64,000 bases of DNA from an uncultured Novosphingobium sp. GTDB taxonomy: Bacteria > Pseudomonadota > Alphaproteobacteria > Sphingomonadales > Sphingomonadaceae. The stretch is taken from positions 4,984 to 68,983 of the forward strand of contig CAZSTP010000002.1 of the NCBI GenBank assembly GCA_964609325.1, in the 5' to 3' direction. Below are positions 51,781 to 64,000 of the stretch, one piece after another. The notes under the pieces are model-generated. The model was not told the DNA's origin. It saw only the letters and a program-made list of their open reading frames with translations, and did no database searches. Each line of letters begins with the position of its first letter. Within the stretch, counting starts at the first letter, position 1. Both the position numbers and the translations under genes were made by a program.

Positions 51781-52803
51781 TTACTTCCTTTTGCCGGATT
51801 TGGCCGGGCGGGTCCGCCGCTCGGCCATCGAGCCGGTATTGTCCTGATCTTCACTGGAAAGCTTGCGCCAGCGGCCCAATCGCGCGGTATCGAGCGATCC
51901 ATCGTTTATCGCCGCCCGCACCGCGCAGCCGGGTTCGGCCTCATGCGTGCAATTGCTAAAGCGGCATTCGAGCGTCAGCGCGACGATATCATCGAACACT
52001 TCGGCAAGGCCGGTTGCGGCATCCGAAAGCTGGAATTCGCGCATTCCGGGCGTGTCCATCAACCAGCCACCCTGCTCCAACCGGTGCATCTGGCGCACGG
52101 TAGTGGTGTGGCGGCCCTTGCCGTCCTGCTCGCGCACGGCTTGCGTCAAAATGCTGTCCGACCCGCGCATGGTGTTGACCAGAGTCGATTTGCCAACACC
52201 GGACGAGCCCAGCAACGCAACCGTCTGCCCCCTGCCGCAACGCCCGATCAAATGGGCAACGCTTGCCGGATCACGCGCATTCACCGCCTCGACCGCAAGG
52301 CCCGGTTGCAGGCGCTGCGCGCGCTCGATGTAGTTCTGGAGATCGTCGGTCAGATCGATCTTGGTGAGCACCAGCACCGGTGTCACATCCACTTCGCGGC
52401 ACAGCACCAGATAGCGCTCAAGCCGGGCGATGCTGAAATCCTGATTGCACGATGCCACGATAAACAGCGTATCCACATTGGCAGCGATCAATTGCAGCCG
52501 CCGGTCATCGCCGGGCGCGGGGCGCTTGAACAAGTTGATGCGCGCCAGCACCCGCTGCGGCTCAAAGCTTTCGCGATCTATCAGCAGCCAATCGCCCACC
52601 GTCGGCCGGTCTTCCTCGCCATGCGAGACCGGCAAGCGCGAGGAAATCTGCGCTTCGATCCCCTCACCCGCCACGGCAATCTCGCCGCGATGAACCGCCA
52701 TCACGCGGACGGGCTGGCACGTCTCGCTCTCCTGTGGCGTCACTTGCGCGCTGAAAAACGGTGTCCAGCCAAGATCTGCAAGAAGGGTGTCAGACTCAAT
52801 CAT
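51781..52803 (-). CDS. rsgA: Ribosome small subunit-dependent GTPase A
   Basis: Circularly permuted GTPase: TKID, GSSGVGKSTL, GRHTT, DTPG; Zn site CRFSNCTHEAEPGC. Confidence 0.93.
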   Translation of the reverse strand: MIESDTLLADLGWTPFFSAQVTPQESETCQPVRVMAVHRGEIAVAGEGIEAQISSRLPVSHGEEDRPTVGDWLLIDRESFEPQRVLARINLFKRPAPGDDRRLQLIAANVDTLFIVASCNQDFSIARLERYLVLCREVDVTPVLVLTKIDLTDDLQNYIERAQRLQPGLAVEAVNARDPASVAHLIGRCGRGQTVALLGSSGVGKSTLVNTMRGSDSILTQAVREQDGKGRHTTTVRQMHRLEQGGWLMDTPGMREFQLSDAATGLAEVFDDIVALTLECRFSNCTHEAEPGCAVRAAINDGSLDTARLGRWRKLSSEDQDNTGSMAERRTRPAKSGKRK

Positions 52804-53000
52804 AATCGGGTTGCAGGGGCTTTCTTTGGCAGAAGATCACGCGATAGCATCGCTCTTCAGATGGTCCAGACCACAAGCACGCGACGCGCACAATGGCAAT
52901 GGCCGATGGTGGCTGTGATAAACACTGCCCCCGCAACAACCTGCTTGCATCCCGCGCCCGGTCAGTTGATCTGGCTGGCCGTGAAATGGAGTTTCAACCA

Positions 53001-53468
53001 ATGAGTGTCGCGTTTCGCCGTGAGGGCGATGACGAGCATATGGAGCCTAAGTTCGAGTTGCCCATCCCGCCGGGACCCAATCTCGTCACGGCGCGCGGGC
53101 TGGCCCTGATCCGTGCCAAGCTGGCAGAACTCGAAGCGCAATTGCCCGCCATTGCCGATGAAGAGGCGATCAAAAAGGCGCGGCGCGAATTGCGCTATTG
53201 GGGCACGCGGCAATCGACCGCACAACTGGTGGACCGCCCCGATGGCAGCGTGGTCGCGTTCGGAACAACAGTCTCCATCCGGCTGGGTGGCAAGTTGCGC
53301 GAAGTCACCATCGTCGGCGATGACGAAGCTGATCCCGCCAATGGCCTGATCTCGTTCTCCGCACCGCTAAGCCGCGCGGTGCTTGATGCCGAAGCGGGCG
53401 AACGGGTTGATTTTGCGGGCCGGGAAGAAGCGATAGAGATCATCGCCATTACGGTGCGGGACGAATAG
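53001..53468 (+). CDS. GreA/GreB-family protein, short coiled-coil variant
   Basis: MSVAFRRE, NLVT.RG, VAFGTTV, IVGDDEADPANGLISFSAPLSRAVL. Confidence 0.8.
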   Translation: MSVAFRREGDDEHMEPKFELPIPPGPNLVTARGLALIRAKLAELEAQLPAIADEEAIKKARRELRYWGTRQSTAQLVDRPDGSVVAFGTTVSIRLGGKLREVTIVGDDEADPANGLISFSAPLSRAVLDAEAGERVDFAGREEAIEIIAITVRDE

Positions 53469-53549
53469 CCTGCCGCCGGACCAGACCGTCAATTACGACC
53501 GCACCTACCGCATAGGCGGGCAGCCATGTTTGGTACTTTGAGCGCTTTT

Positions 53550-53578
53550 CGACCAATCTGGCCAACCGTGATTGGTCG
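53550..53578. terminator. Inverted repeat between convergent greA-like and trmL genes
   Basis: CGACCAATC-N11-GATTGGTCG. Confidence 0.45.
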
Positions 53579-53639
53579 CAAAGCGGTCGAAGTCGGCTTA
53601 TCGGTGCGCCACAGTAGCATCGCTCCGGCCTTGCCACGC

Positions 53640-54092
53640 CTACTCCGGCAAGCTTGCAGTTTGTCGCAAAGCCTCACCCAGCGCGAGAGCGGTTGTAGTC
53701 GCAAGGTTCAAAGACCGGACCTGTGGCCGCATCGGCATACGTACCCGGGCATCGCACGCTTCGGCAACCGATCCCGGAACGCCAGCGCTTTCCTTGCCGA
53801 ACAGCAGCACATCGTCAGGCCGGTATTGAAACGCATAGGCTGAATGCGTGCTTTTCGTAGTGAACAGCACAAGCCTGCTCGATCCGAGCGACGCCCGGAA
53901 CGCCGCAAAATCGGCATGGCGGGTAAAGTTTACATGATCGATGTAATCCATCGCCGCCCTGCGAACCCGGCGGTCATCCCATGCGAACCCCAGCGGCTCG
54001 ATCAGATCGACATCTGCCCCAAGACAAGCCGCAAGGCGCAAAACAGCACCAACATTTCCGGGGATTTCCGGTTCAAACAGAGCAATACGCAT
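53640..54092 (-). CDS. trmL: tRNA (cytidine/uridine-34-2'-O)-methyltransferase, SpoU family
   Basis: LFEPEIPGNVG, LIEPLGF, LLFGKESAG, PM...RSLNL. Confidence 0.9.
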   Translation of the reverse strand: MRIALFEPEIPGNVGAVLRLAACLGADVDLIEPLGFAWDDRRVRRAAMDYIDHVNFTRHADFAAFRASLGSSRLVLFTTKSTHSAYAFQYRPDDVLLFGKESAGVPGSVAEACDARVRMPMRPQVRSLNLATTTALALGEALRQTASLPE

Positions 54093-54237
54093 CGGCGCTG
54101 ATTGGCGCGGACGGGCGGTTCTGGCAAGCCCCAGCCCCGGCTATGCACCAATCCGGGTGAAACACAGGTTCCCATTCTGCACCCGTCCACTACGATAGAG
54201 CGCCAATTCGGCCCCCGGGAAACAGCACGAAGCAACC

Positions 54238-55467
54238 ATGCAGCCTATCACCATCCTTTTTGTGCACCAGAACATGCCCGGCCAATTCCGGCATCTGGCA
54301 GCGGAACTGGCAAAGAACCCGGCCTACCGCGTGGTCTTCCTGACGCGGCGCGAAGGCGTGACAATGCCCGGCATCATCACCGCGCGCTACCCGTTGAAAG
54401 ACGCGCCTCCGCCGCCCGCCGAGCCATTGGTCCGGTCCATCGCGCAATCGGTGCATTTCGGAACGGCTGTGGCCAAGGCCGCTGTCGACATGACGGCCAA
54501 GAACATCGTCCCCGATCTTATCATCGCCCATCCCGGCTGGGGCGAGGCGCTGTTCCTGCGCGATGCGTGGCCCGGTGCCAAAATCGTGACATATGCCGAA
54601 TACTACTACCGGCCCTACGATGGCGATATCGGGTTTGACCCGCTGTTTCCGCGCACCTTGCAGGGGGTTTCCAACGCCCGGATCATGAACGCCAACCTGC
54701 TGCTCAGCCATGAAGCGGCTGACGCGATGATCAGCCCTACCCAATGGCAAAAGAGCCGCCATCCGCAGTTCCTGCAAGACAAGACGACCGTCATCTTTGA
54801 CGGGATCGATACCGAGCGCGCCGCCCCCCGTGCCGATGCCAGCTTCGCCCTCGCCAATGGCCGGGTGCTCACCGCCAAGGATGAGGTCATCACTTATGTG
54901 GCCCGCAATCTTGAACCGCATCGCGGCTTCCACGTCTTCGTCGAAGCCCTGCCCAAACTGCTCGCCGCGCGGCCCGATGCACAGATCGTCGTCGTTGGCG
55001 GGGATGAGCGCAGCTACAGCCCGCCTCCTCGTGGCGGACACCCAAGCTGGCGCAGCGCGCTGATGGGCGGCCTTGATCTGGGCCAGGATGCCGCACGCGT
55101 GCACTTTGTCGGCAAGCTGGCCTATGCCGATTATCTATCGCTGCTCCAGATATCCGGCGCGCATTTGTATCTGACCTACCCCTTCGTGCTGTCATGGAGC
55201 TGCCTCGAAGCCATGTCCGCAGGCTGTGCCATCATCGCGTCCGATACAGCACCGGTCGCCGAAGTGATTACCCATGAACACAACGGTCTGCTGTTCCCGT
55301 TTTTCGATAGTGCAGCACTGGTGGCCAACGTATCGCGTATTCTTGACGATCCGGCCCTCAGCCGGAAGCTGAGGACCGCAGCACGGCAAACAGCCGTCAC
55401 GCGCTATAACCTTGCCGATTGCCTGAAGCAACAATTGGCATTTGTTCACAAAGTCTTGGGAAGCTGA
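54238..55467 (+). CDS. GT4 glycosyltransferase (ExpC/WgcA-like N-terminal domain)
   Basis: LFVHQNMPGQF.HLA, AHPGWGE, EYYY, ARNLEPHRGF, YLTYPFVLSWSCLEAMS. Confidence 0.88.
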   Translation: MQPITILFVHQNMPGQFRHLAAELAKNPAYRVVFLTRREGVTMPGIITARYPLKDAPPPPAEPLVRSIAQSVHFGTAVAKAAVDMTAKNIVPDLIIAHPGWGEALFLRDAWPGAKIVTYAEYYYRPYDGDIGFDPLFPRTLQGVSNARIMNANLLLSHEAADAMISPTQWQKSRHPQFLQDKTTVIFDGIDTERAAPRADASFALANGRVLTAKDEVITYVARNLEPHRGFHVFVEALPKLLAARPDAQIVVVGGDERSYSPPPRGGHPSWRSALMGGLDLGQDAARVHFVGKLAYADYLSLLQISGAHLYLTYPFVLSWSCLEAMSAGCAIIASDTAPVAEVITHEHNGLLFPFFDSAALVANVSRILDDPALSRKLRTAARQTAVTRYNLADCLKQQLAFVHKVLGS

Positions 55468-55492
55468 ATTCACACAGAATCCAGCTTCACCA

Positions 55493-58400
55493 TCAGATCA
55501 CCGTCAAGCGGGCAACCTCGTTTCTGCCGTCGTAATAGACGTAATGGCCAAGGCTCTCCTCCACACCACTGCCAAATGACAGGCTCTCGTTTCCATCCTG
55601 ATAGACCGTCAGATGCGATGCGTTGCCCTGTCCCACCAGCGTCTGGATGAAGCTTGCGTCAAAGGCGATTGTTGCCGCCGTTCCGGTCGAGGTGAAATCA
55701 AGCGCATCGACGTTTTGCAAGATACCGCCCAACAGATCACTGTTCCCAATAGACCCGCTGTTTTCCGCCAGAGCGACCGTGTCTGTGCCAGCCCCACCAT
55801 CGATAGACCAGCCGAGCCCGAGCGCCAGCGTGAAGGTGTCATTTCCGGCCGAACCGATCACCTGTTCGATACCGTTCAGCGTATCGCCCGCCGCATCGCC
55901 CGCCGTGCCGCTGCCTGTTGCCGCAAGGTTCAACGAAACCGCACCGGCTGATGCCGAATAGTCCGCCGTATCAGTGCCATTGCCACCATTCAGCATGTCT
56001 GCGCCCAGCCCGCCGATCAGCGTATCATTGCCATCACCGCCGCTCAACTCGTTGGCATTGTCATTGCCATAGAGCAGGTCTGCCTGCGAAGAGCCGATCA
56101 GGTTTTCGATGCTGACGAGCGTATCACCAGCAGCATCGCCTCCGGTGTTCGCCGACCCGTTAAGGTAGGCGTTCACCGCGCTGCTCGATGCAGAATAGTC
56201 CGCCGTATCGATGCCCGCTCCACCCGTCAGCGTATCGGCCCCTGCCCCGCCAAACAGCGTGTCATTCCCGTCACCACCGTTCAGCGCATTGGCTCCGCCA
56301 TCGCCATAAAGCGCATCGGCAAAGGCCGAACCGATCAGGCTCTCGATGCCCGAAAGCGTATCGCCTGCCGCATCGCCGCCGGTGCCCGCCGTGCCATTGA
56401 GGTAAGCCGTCACTGCACTGCCCGATGCTGAATAATCGGCCAAATCAAAGCCATTGCCGCCAACAAGCGTATCTGCGCCAAGCCCGCCAACCAGCGTATC
56501 GTTGCCATCGCCACCGTCGATCACGTTCGCATTGCCATCACCGTAAAGCGTGTCAGCATGTGCAGAACCGGTCAGATTCTCGATCGCGGAATAAACATCA
56601 CCCAATGCATCACCAGTGTTCAGCGCGGTGTTGGCAAGGCTGGCCGTCAAGCCACTTGTGGCGTTGGCATAACTTGCCGTGTCCGTATTGGCACCGCCCG
56701 TCAGCGTGTCAGCCCCTGCCCCGCCAATCAGCGTATCATTGCCTGATCCACCATCGAGCGTATTGTCAGTGGCATTGCCAACCAGCGTGTCGTTATTGTT
56801 GGAACCGATCAGGGTTTCCACACCAGACAGAACATCGCCCGCAGCATCGCCGCCGGTGCCTGCCGTGCCATCGAGATAGGCCGTGACGGCAGCCAACGAC
56901 GCTGCATAAGTCACCGTATCGACGCCATTGCCGCCGGTAAGCGTATCGCTGCCATCCCCGCCGATCAGGGTATCATTGCCCTCACCGCCCACCAGCAAGT
57001 CGGCACCTGCGCCACCTGTCAGCAAGTCATTGCCCGCGCCGCCATCCAGCGTGTTGGCATTGCCGTCGCCAAACAGCGTATCGGACTGGGCAGAACCGAT
57101 CAGGTTTTCGATCCCCGAAAGCACGTCACCCGCAGCATCGCCGCCCGTGCCCGCCGTGCCGGTGAGGTACGCGGTTACCGCGCTACTTGAAGCTGAATAG
57201 TCTGCCGTATCAGAACCGACACCACCCGTCAGCGTATCGGCACCTGCGCCGCCCACCAGCGTATCATTTCCATCACCGCCATCAATCGCGTTGGCATTGC
57301 CATCGCCATGCAGCGTGTCCGCAAGGGCCGAACCCGTCAGGTTCTCAACGGTGGCGTAAACGTCGCCCAGCGCATCGCCGGTGTTCAGCGCGGTGTTGGC
57401 AAGGCTTGCGGTCAGGCCGGCAGCAGCGTTGCTGTAAGACACCGTTTCAGTGCCCACGCCACCTGTCAGCGAATCGGCACCGGCGCCGCCAATCAGCGTA
57501 TCGTTGCCATCGCCGCCAACCAGCGTGTTGGCGCTGCCGTTGCCGAACAGGGCATCGTTGTTGTTCGAACCGATCAGCGTTTCTACGCCCGATATCACAT
57601 CGCCCGCAGCGTCGCCGCCAGTGCCCGCCGTACCATCAAGATATGCCGTCACCGCCAGAGCAGACGCGGCATAAGTCACCGTATCGGTGCCATTACCACC
57701 CGTCAGCGTATCAGCACCAAGGCCGCCGATCAGCGTATCGTCACCATCACCGCCGCTCAGCGCGTTGGCGTTGCCATCGCCCACCAGTGTATCGCTGCCA
57801 GCCGAACCCATCAGGTTTTCAACGCCTGAAAGCACATCACCCGCCGCATCGCCGCCGGTGCCCGCCGTGCCGGTAAGGTATGCTGTTACCGCGCTGGCCG
57901 AAGCCGAATAGTCTACCGTATCAGTGCCCGAACCGCCCGTCAGCGTATCGGCTCCGGCACCGCCCACCAGCGTATCATTGCCATCGCCACCGCTAATCGC
58001 ATTGGCATTGCCATCGCCGTAAAGCGTATCAGCCAGCGCCGACCCCGTCAGGTTCTCGATACCCGAAAGCACGTCGCCCGCTGCATCGCCGCCGCTACCA
58101 GCCGTTCCGTTCAAATAGGCTGTTACTGCACTGCCCGAGGCTGAATAATCAGCCAGATCCGTCCCGTTACCACCGATCAGCGTATCAGCGCCCAGACCGC
58201 CCACCAGCGTGTCGTTGCCATCACCGCCGCTAATCACGTTGGCACTGCCATCGCCCACCAGCGTGTCGTTGCCAGCCGAACCGATCAGGTTCTCGATGCC
58301 CGAAAGCGTATCGCCCGCCGCGTCGCCGCCAACCCCGGCTGTTCCGTTAAGGTACGCCGTGATCGCATTGCCGGATGCGGAATAATCCGCCGTATCGGTG

Positions 58401-61400
58401 CCATTGCCACCCGTCAGCGTATCTGCCCCCGCGCCACCGATCAGCGTGTCGTTGCCATCACCCCCGTCAATCGCATTGGCAGTAGCATCACCGTAAAGCG
58501 TATCGGCATGGGCAGAGCCGGTCAGGTTTTCAATCGCAGAGTATACATCGCCGGCCGCATCACCGGTGTTCAGGCCCGCATTGGCAAGGCTTGCAATCAC
58601 CCCCGCCGCCGCATTGGCATAGCTGGCCGTATCGCTGCCGGTGCCACCTGTCAGCGTGTCCGCTCCTGCACCACCGATCAGCGTATCATTTCCGGCGCTT
58701 CCGTCGATAGCGTTCGCGCCGCCATCGCCGATCAGCGTATCGTTGTTGTTCGAACCTGCCAGATTTTCGATGCTGTTATAGACATCGCCCAGCGCATCAC
58801 CGGTATTTGCTCCGGCATTGGCAAGGTTTGCCGTCACGCCGACCAGCGCAGTGCTATAGCTCGCCGTATCGCTACCATTGCCGCCCGTCAGCGTATCGGC
58901 ACCAGCGCCGCCGTTCAGCGTGTCGTTGCCATCGCCACCGGTCAGGGTGTTGGCATTGCCATCGCCCACCAGCGTATCGTTGCCAGCCGAACCGATCAGG
59001 TTCTCGATGCCTGAAAGCACATCGCCTGCCGCGTCACCGCCCGTGCCCGCCGTACCGGTAAGATACGCCGTTACCGCACTACCCGAAGCCGAATAGTCAG
59101 CCGTATCTGTGCCATTGCCGCCCGTCAGCGTATCGGCCCCGGCCGCGCCAACCAGCGTATCATTGCCGTCCCCGCCATCGATCGCGTTGGCACTGCCATC
59201 GCCGAAAAGCGTGTCGGCAAAGGCAGAGCCGGTCAGGTTCTCGACCGTGGCATAAACATCGCCCACAGCATCGCCTGTGTTTAGTGCGGTATTGGCAAGG
59301 CTCACCGTCAAGCCGCTGGCCGCATTGCTGTAAGACACCGTGTCCGCACCCACGCCGCCCGTCAGCGTATCGGCTCCCGCTCCGCCGATCAGCATATCAT
59401 TGCCGCTGCCACCATCAATCGCGTTGGCATCGCCATCGCCATAAAGCGTGTCAGCCTGCGCCGAACCCGTCAGGTTCTCGATCCCGCTATACACATCGCC
59501 AGCTGCATCGCCGGTGTTCAGTCCGGCATTCGCCAAGCTTGCGACAAGACCGCTGGCGGCATTGCTATAGCTCACCGTATCGCTGCCATTACCACCCGTC
59601 AGCGTATCAGCGCCTGCGCCGCCCACCAGCGTATCGTTACCATCGCCACCGATGATCACGTTGGCATTGCCATCACCCACCAGCATGTCGTTGCCAGCCG
59701 AACCGATCAGGTTCTCGATGCCTGAAAGCACATCGCCTGCCGCGTCACCGCCCGTGCCCGCCGTACCGGTAAGATACGCCGTTACCGCACTACCCGAAGC
59801 CGAATAGTCAGCCGTATCTGTGCCATTGCCGCCCGTCAGCGTATCGGCCCCGGCCGCGCCAACCAGCGTATCATTGCCGTCCCCGCCATCGATCGCGTTG
59901 GCACTGCCATCGCCGAAAAGCGTGTCGGCAAAGGCAGAGCCGGTCAGGTTCTCGACCGTGGCATAAACATCGCCCACAGCATCGCCTGTGTTTAGTGCGG
60001 TATTGGCAAGGCTCACCGTCAAGCCGCTGGCCGCATTGCTGTAAGACACCGTGTCCGCACCCACGCCGCCCGTCAGCGTATCGGCTCCCGCTCCGCCGAT
60101 CAGCGTATCGTTGCCATCGCCACCGGCAATCGCGTTCGCGGTGCCATCGCCGAGCAGCGTATCGTTGTTCGCCGAACCCAGCAGGTTCTCGATGCTGGAA
60201 TAAACATCGCCACCGGCATCACCGGTGTTCGCCCCGGCATTGGCAAGGCTCGCGGTAACCCCGGCCAGAGCCGTGGCATAGCTTGCCGTATCAATGCCAT
60301 TGCCGCCGGTCAGTGTATCCGCGCCAGCCCCGCCCAGCAGCGTATCATCACCGTCGCCACCGGTCAGCGCGTTGGCATTGCCATCGCCCACCAGGGTATC
60401 GGCCTGCGCCGTGCCGATCAGGTTCTCGATGCCCGAAAGCACATCGCCTGCCGCATCGCCGCCCGTGCCCGCCGTACCGGTAAGGTACGCCGTCACCGCG
60501 CTACCCGAAGCCGAATAGTCCGCCGTATCGGTGCCTGCGCCACCCGTCAGCGTATCAGCTCCCAGCCCGCCGACCAGCGTATCATTGCCGCCGCCGCCAT
60601 CAATCGCATTGGCACTGCCATCGCCATAAAGCAGATCGTTCAGGCCCGAACCCGTCAGGTTCTCAACCGAGGCATAGACATCGCCCGATGCATCGCCGGT
60701 GTTCAGTGCTGTATTGGCAAAGCTGACGGTCAAACCGCTGGCCGCGTTGCTATAGGACACCGTATCACTGCCCGCGCCGCCCGTCAGCGTATCGGCTCCC
60801 GCCCCGCCCACCAGCGTATCGTTGCCCGAACCGCCATCGATCACATTGGCACCGCCATCGCCGAACAGCGCATCGTTGTTGTTCGAACCGATCAGCGTTT
60901 CAACGCCCGATATCACATCGCCCGCAGCATCTCCGCCGGTGCCTGCCGTACCGTCGAGGTATGCAGTCACCGCCAAAGTGGAGGCGGCATAAGTCACCGT
61001 ATCCGTGCCAGCACCACCCGCAAGCGTATCAGCGCCAAGGCCGCCAACCAGCGTATCATTGCCATCGCCGCCGGTCAGCGCATTGGCATTGCCATCACCA
61101 ACCAGCGTATCGCTGCCAGCCGAGCCGATCAGGTTCTCGATGCCGAACAGCGTATCGCCCGCAGCATCGCCGCCCGTACCCGCCGCGCCGGTAAGGTACG
61201 CCGTGACCGCGCTGGCCGAGGCCGAATAATCCGCCGTATCGGTGCCCGAACCGCCCGTCAGCGTATCGGCACCAGCCCCGCCCACCAGCGTATCGTTGCC
61301 CACACCGCCATCAATCGCATTGCCATTGCCATCGCCATAAAGCGTGTCGTTAAACCCGGAACCCGTCAGGTTCTCGATGGCGGTATAGACATCATCCTGC

Positions 61401-64000
61401 GCGTCGCCGGTATTCAAGGCAGTATTGGCCAGGCTGGCCACCAGCCCTGCGCCTGCCGATGCATAAGACACCGTATCGCTGCCCGCGCCGCCAATCAGCG
61501 TATCTGCGCCAGCGCCGCCCAGCAGCGTATCGTTGCCCGAACCGCCATCCAGCACGTTCGCATTGCCATCACCGGATAGCGTATCGTTGAACGCCGAACC
61601 GGTGATGTTCTCGATGCCGCTATAAGTATCGCCGGTCGCATCTCCGCTGTTGGAGGCGGTATTGGCAAGGTTCGCCGCCATACCACCGGTGGCGCTGGCA
61701 TAGCTTGCCGTATCGATACCCGCCCCGCCAACCAGCGCATCCGCACCCGATCCGCCATCCAGTGTATCATCACCGCTGCCACCATCGAGCGTATCGATGC
61801 CCACACCGCCGCTCAAGAAGTCGTTACCGTCATTGCCGGTCAATTGTGCCGCGCTGCCCGTAAGATCATAAATCGCATCGTCAAAGTTCGAACCGATCAC
61901 GGTTTCAAACCCGACAACGGTATCGCTGCCCGCATCACCGCCACTGCTGGCAAGCGCACCGGTCAACGCCAGATTGTTCTGCACAGTCACACCGCTGGCA
62001 GACGCCAGATATGTCAGCGTATCGGTGCCCGCGCCGCCGATCAGCGTATCAGCACCCTGGCTGCCCGCAACCGTATCGTTGCCTGCACCGCCATCAAAGA
62101 ACTCGGCGCTTGCGCCGCCGGTCAGCACATCGTTGAAATCGGTGCCGATAACGCCCTCGATCGATGCAAACGCATCGCCATTGGCATCGCTGCCCGTGAT
62201 CACCAGAGCGCCGCTGGCGAAGCTCGCGTCAATCGCCCCGCCCGCTGTGCTGTAGGAAGCGATGTCGGTGCCCGCCCCGCCTTCCAGCGAATCTGCCCCG
62301 GCCCCGCCCAGCAGCGTGTCATTGCCATTGCCGCCCGACAGCGTTTCGTTTGCCCCAGCGCCGGTCAGCACGTCATCAAAACCGGACCCGATCACAACTT
62401 CGATCCCGGTCAGCACATCGCCCTGCGCTTCACTGCCGACACCCGTTCTCCCGTCAAGATAGACGGTTACCGCAGCCGTAGCGGTCGAATACGTCGCGGT
62501 ATCGGTGCCCGCGCCGCCATCAAGTGAATCCGCCCCGCCCCGCCCGCGCAAGATATCATTGCCCACCCCGCCCAGCAGCGTGTCGTTGTTACCTGTGCCG
62601 GTCAGGCTGTCGTCAAAGTTTGAACCGATCAGGCCTTCGATGCCGTTAAGCACATCGCCTTCAGCCGTGCCCCCGGATCCGCCTCCATTCAGCGTAACGT
62701 TGACGCCCACAGCCGAATCCGAATAATCAGCATAATCAACGCCACTACCACCGGTCAGGAAGTCGTTACCCAAACCGCCTTGCAGCGTATCGTTGCCATT
62801 GCCGCCATTCAGCGAGTTACCGTTGGCATCGCCAATCAGGGTATCTGCCGCCGTTGAACCGGTCACGTTCTGGATATTGGCGTAAACATCGCCCTGTGCC
62901 AGTCCGCCGATGCCGGTTCCCAGCGCAAGGTTGACGGTCACCGCAAGGCCCGATGTGCCAAACGACAGGTGGTTCAGGCCGATCCCGCCATCGATCGTAT
63001 CGGATCCCGCATCGCCAAAGAACAGATCGTTACCGGCATCGCCAAAGATGTAGTCGTTGCCCAGCCCGCCCCACAGCGTATCGTCAAAGTTTGATCCGTA
63101 AAGCTGCTCGATATTGAACAACCGGTCGCCGGTTGCATTGCCCGCCGTTCCGGCAACCCCGTCAAGACCGATGGTTACCCCGGTGGTCCCGGTATAAAGG
63201 TAGCGCACAGCATCAATGCCCGCACCGCCGTCAATCGTATCTGCCCCGACGCTGCCCCAGAAGGTTTCATTCGCGCCAATGCCGGTCACACTATCGGCAA
63301 AACCGGTCATCCAGATTTCGGTGAAGTTGGCGAAAGTATCGCCTTGCGCATCTCCTCCAACGCCGTTCGTTACACCGTCCAGCACGATGGTAACACCAGC
63401 GGTTGAAGTGCTGTTCCAAGGATTGACCGGATCGGTACCAAACATCAATGAATTGGTGCCAGCGCCACCATCCAGCACATCCGCACCGGCACCACCGCTG
63501 ACAATATCATTGCCATCGCCGCCCAGCAGAGTGTCATTTCCGGCATTCCCGATCAGGATGTCGTCACCGGTGCCGCCCGTCAGGTTGTTGGCATTGTCAT
63601 CCCCTGTCAGGGTATCGTTTGTGGACGTGCCGATAATGCCTTCAATGTTGATATAGGTATCGCCCTGCGCGTCTGATCCAACGCCTGTCGACGTCGCCAG
63701 ATTTACCTGAACACCGCCCGCGCTGGCCGAATAATCAACATAGTCAAACCCGGCACCGCCATCCATCGCGTCAGACCCGGCACCACCAAGGATCGTATCG
63801 TTGCCGTTGCCGCCACTGATGCCGTCATTGCCTGCACCGCCATCGATCACATCGTTGCCGTCAAGGCCGCTCAGGCTGTTCTGCCCGACACCGCCGGTCA
63901 GCGTATCGTTGAAGTTCGAACCGACCAGATTGCCGATGCTCACGAATACGTCACCGGCCGCCTCGCCTGCGGTGCCCGTGTTGGTCGTAAGGCTTGCCGC
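55493..64000 (-). CDS. Giant RTX (Ca2+-binding GGxGxD) repeat protein, 5' end beyond the window
   Basis: Reading frame is open to position 64000. Roughly 30 or more 79-aa units, each with GGxGNDTL nonapeptides; non-repetitive C-terminus consistent with a type I secretion signal. Confidence 0.95.
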   Translation of the reverse strand, partial: AASLTTNTGTAGEAAGDVFVSIGNLVGSNFNDTLTGGVGQNSLSGLDGNDVIDGGAGNDGISGGNGNDTILGGAGSDAMDGGAGFDYVDYSASAGGVQVNLATSTGVGSDAQGDTYINIEGIIGTSTNDTLTGDDNANNLTGGTGDDILIGNAGNDTLLGGDGNDIVSGGAGADVLDGGAGTNSLMFGTDPVNPWNSTSTAGVTIVLDGVTNGVGGDAQGDTFANFTEIWMTGFADSVTGIGANETFWGSVGADTIDGGAGIDAVRYLYTGTTGVTIGLDGVAGTAGNATGDRLFNIEQLYGSNFDDTLWGGLGNDYIFGDAGNDLFFGDAGSDTIDGGIGLNHLSFGTSGLAVTVNLALGTGIGGLAQGDVYANIQNVTGSTAADTLIGDANGNSLNGGNGNDTLQGGLGNDFLTGGSGVDYADYSDSAVGVNVTLNGGGSGGTAEGDVLNGIEGLIGSNFDDSLTGTGNNDTLLGGVGNDILRGRGGADSLDGGAGTDTATYSTATAAVTVYLDGRTGVGSEAQGDVLTGIEVVIGSGFDDVLTGAGANETLSGGNGNDTLLGGAGADSLEGGAGTDIASYSTAGGAIDASFASGALVITGSDANGDAFASIEGVIGTDFNDVLTGGASAEFFDGGAGNDTVAGSQGADTLIGGAGTDTLTYLASASGVTVQNNLALTGALASSGGDAGSDTVVGFETVIGSNFDDAIYDLTGSAAQLTGNDGNDFLSGGVGIDTLDGGSGDDTLDGGSGADALVGGAGIDTASYASATGGMAANLANTASNSGDATGDTYSGIENITGSAFNDTLSGDGNANVLDGGSGNDTLLGGAGADTLIGGAGSDTVSYASAGAGLVASLANTALNTGDAQDDVYTAIENLTGSGFNDTLYGDGNGNAIDGGVGNDTLVGGAGADTLTGGSGTDTADYSASASAVTAYLTGAAGTGGDAAGDTLFGIENLIGSAGSDTLVGDGNANALTGGDGNDTLVGGLGADTLAGGAGTDTVTYAASTLAVTAYLDGTAGTGGDAAGDVISGVETLIGSNNNDALFGDGGANVIDGGSGNDTLVGGAGADTLTGGAGSDTVSYSNAASGLTVSFANTALNTGDASGDVYASVENLTGSGLNDLLYGDGSANAIDGGGGNDTLVGGLGADTLTGGAGTDTADYSASGSAVTAYLTGTAGTGGDAAGDVLSGIENLIGTAQADTLVGDGNANALTGGDGDDTLLGGAGADTLTGGNGIDTASYATALAGVTASLANAGANTGDAGGDVYSSIENLLGSANNDTLLGDGTANAIAGGDGNDTLIGGAGADTLTGGVGADTVSYSNAASGLTVSLANTALNTGDAVGDVYATVENLTGSAFADTLFGDGSANAIDGGDGNDTLVGAAGADTLTGGNGTDTADYSASGSAVTAYLTGTAGTGGDAAGDVLSGIENLIGSAGNDMLVGDGNANVIIGGDGNDTLVGGAGADTLTGGNGSDTVSYSNAASGLVASLANAGLNTGDAAGDVYSGIENLTGSAQADTLYGDGDANAIDGGSGNDMLIGGAGADTLTGGVGADTVSYSNAASGLTVSLANTALNTGDAVGDVYATVENLTGSAFADTLFGDGSANAIDGGDGNDTLVGAAGADTLTGGNGTDTADYSASGSAVTAYLTGTAGTGGDAAGDVLSGIENLIGSAGNDTLVGDGNANTLTGGDGNDTLNGGAGADTLTGGNGSDTASYSTALVGVTANLANAGANTGDALGDVYNSIENLAGSNNNDTLIGDGGANAIDGSAGNDTLIGGAGADTLTGGTGSDTASYANAAAGVIASLANAGLNTGDAAGDVYSAIENLTGSAHADTLYGDATANAIDGGDGNDTLIGGAGADTLTGGNGTDTADYSASGNAITAYLNGTAGVGGDAAGDTLSGIENLIGSAGNDTLVGDGSANVISGGDGNDTLVGGLGADTLIGGNGTDLADYSASGSAVTAYLNGTAGSGGDAAGDVLSGIENLTGSALADTLYGDGNANAISGGDGNDTLVGGAGADTLTGGSGTDTVDYSASASAVTAYLTGTAGTGGDAAGDVLSGVENLMGSAGSDTLVGDGNANALSGGDGDDTLIGGLGADTLTGGNGTDTVTYAASALAVTAYLDGTAGTGGDAAGDVISGVETLIGSNNNDALFGNGSANTLVGGDGNDTLIGGAGADSLTGGVGTETVSYSNAAAGLTASLANTALNTGDALGDVYATVENLTGSALADTLHGDGNANAIDGGDGNDTLVGGAGADTLTGGVGSDTADYSASSSAVTAYLTGTAGTGGDAAGDVLSGIENLIGSAQSDTLFGDGNANTLDGGAGNDLLTGGAGADLLVGGEGNDTLIGGDGSDTLTGGNGVDTVTYAASLAAVTAYLDGTAGTGGDAAGDVLSGVETLIGSNNNDTLVGNATDNTLDGGSGNDTLIGGAGADTLTGGANTDTASYANATSGLTASLANTALNTGDALGDVYSAIENLTGSAHADTLYGDGNANVIDGGDGNDTLVGGLGADTLVGGNGFDLADYSASGSAVTAYLNGTAGTGGDAAGDTLSGIESLIGSAFADALYGDGGANALNGGDGNDTLFGGAGADTLTGGAGIDTADYSASSSAVNAYLNGSANTGGDAAGDTLVSIENLIGSSQADLLYGNDNANELSGGDGNDTLIGGLGADMLNGGNGTDTADYSASAGAVSLNLAATGSGTAGDAAGDTLNGIEQVIGSAGNDTFTLALGLGWSIDGGAGTDTVALAENSGSIGNSDLLGGILQNVDALDFTSTGTAATIAFDASFIQTLVGQGNASHLTVYQDGNESLSFGSGVEESLGHYVYYDGRNEVARLTVI
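58977..60104. repeat. Exact ~417-bp internal duplication in the RTX gene
   Basis: 58977-59393 is identical by eye to 59688-60104; the offset of 711 bp equals three 79-aa units. Confidence 0.85.

Noticed and set aside
55493-64000. Pore-forming RTX toxin (HlyA or MARTX type)
   Set aside because: No hydrophobic pore domain, effector domain or acyltransferase gene is visible. The N-terminus is outside the window, so this cannot be fully excluded.

Overview
GC-rich alphaproteobacterial chromosome segment, Sphingomonadales-like by gene content (inferred, not searched). Left to right: (1) 1-17.5 kb, a LacI-controlled starch/maltodextrin utilisation locus (TonB receptor, three GH13, one GH97, two MFS transporters) with two flavin-dependent halogenase-like genes and a DUF6445-like protein embedded in it. 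(2) 17.7-23.8 kb, a small satellite-like integrative element (tyrosine integrase, AlpA, RepB-type primase-helicase, iteron origin) ending in a tRNA-Thr 3' fragment. (3) 23.8-31.3 kb, a carotenoid-tailoring cluster (crtC, crtD, crtY) interleaved with a P450, an ATP-grasp enzyme and a DUF2306-like membrane protein; both internal promoter regions carry near-identical paired PpsR/CrtJ-type boxes. This is the best candidate for an undescribed system. (4) 31.6-40.4 kb, a TonB receptor surrounded by TPR-fused hydroxylases and sulfotransferases. (5) 41-51.6 kb, a cellulose operon bcsP-Q-(AB fused)-C-D-Z, with a novel-looking Trp repeat in BcsC. (6) rsgA, a GreA-like gene and trmL. (7) A GT4 glycosyltransferase converging on a giant RTX repeat protein that runs off the right edge. 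Start codons were re-picked by eye from RBS and ATGA overlaps. No database searches were run.
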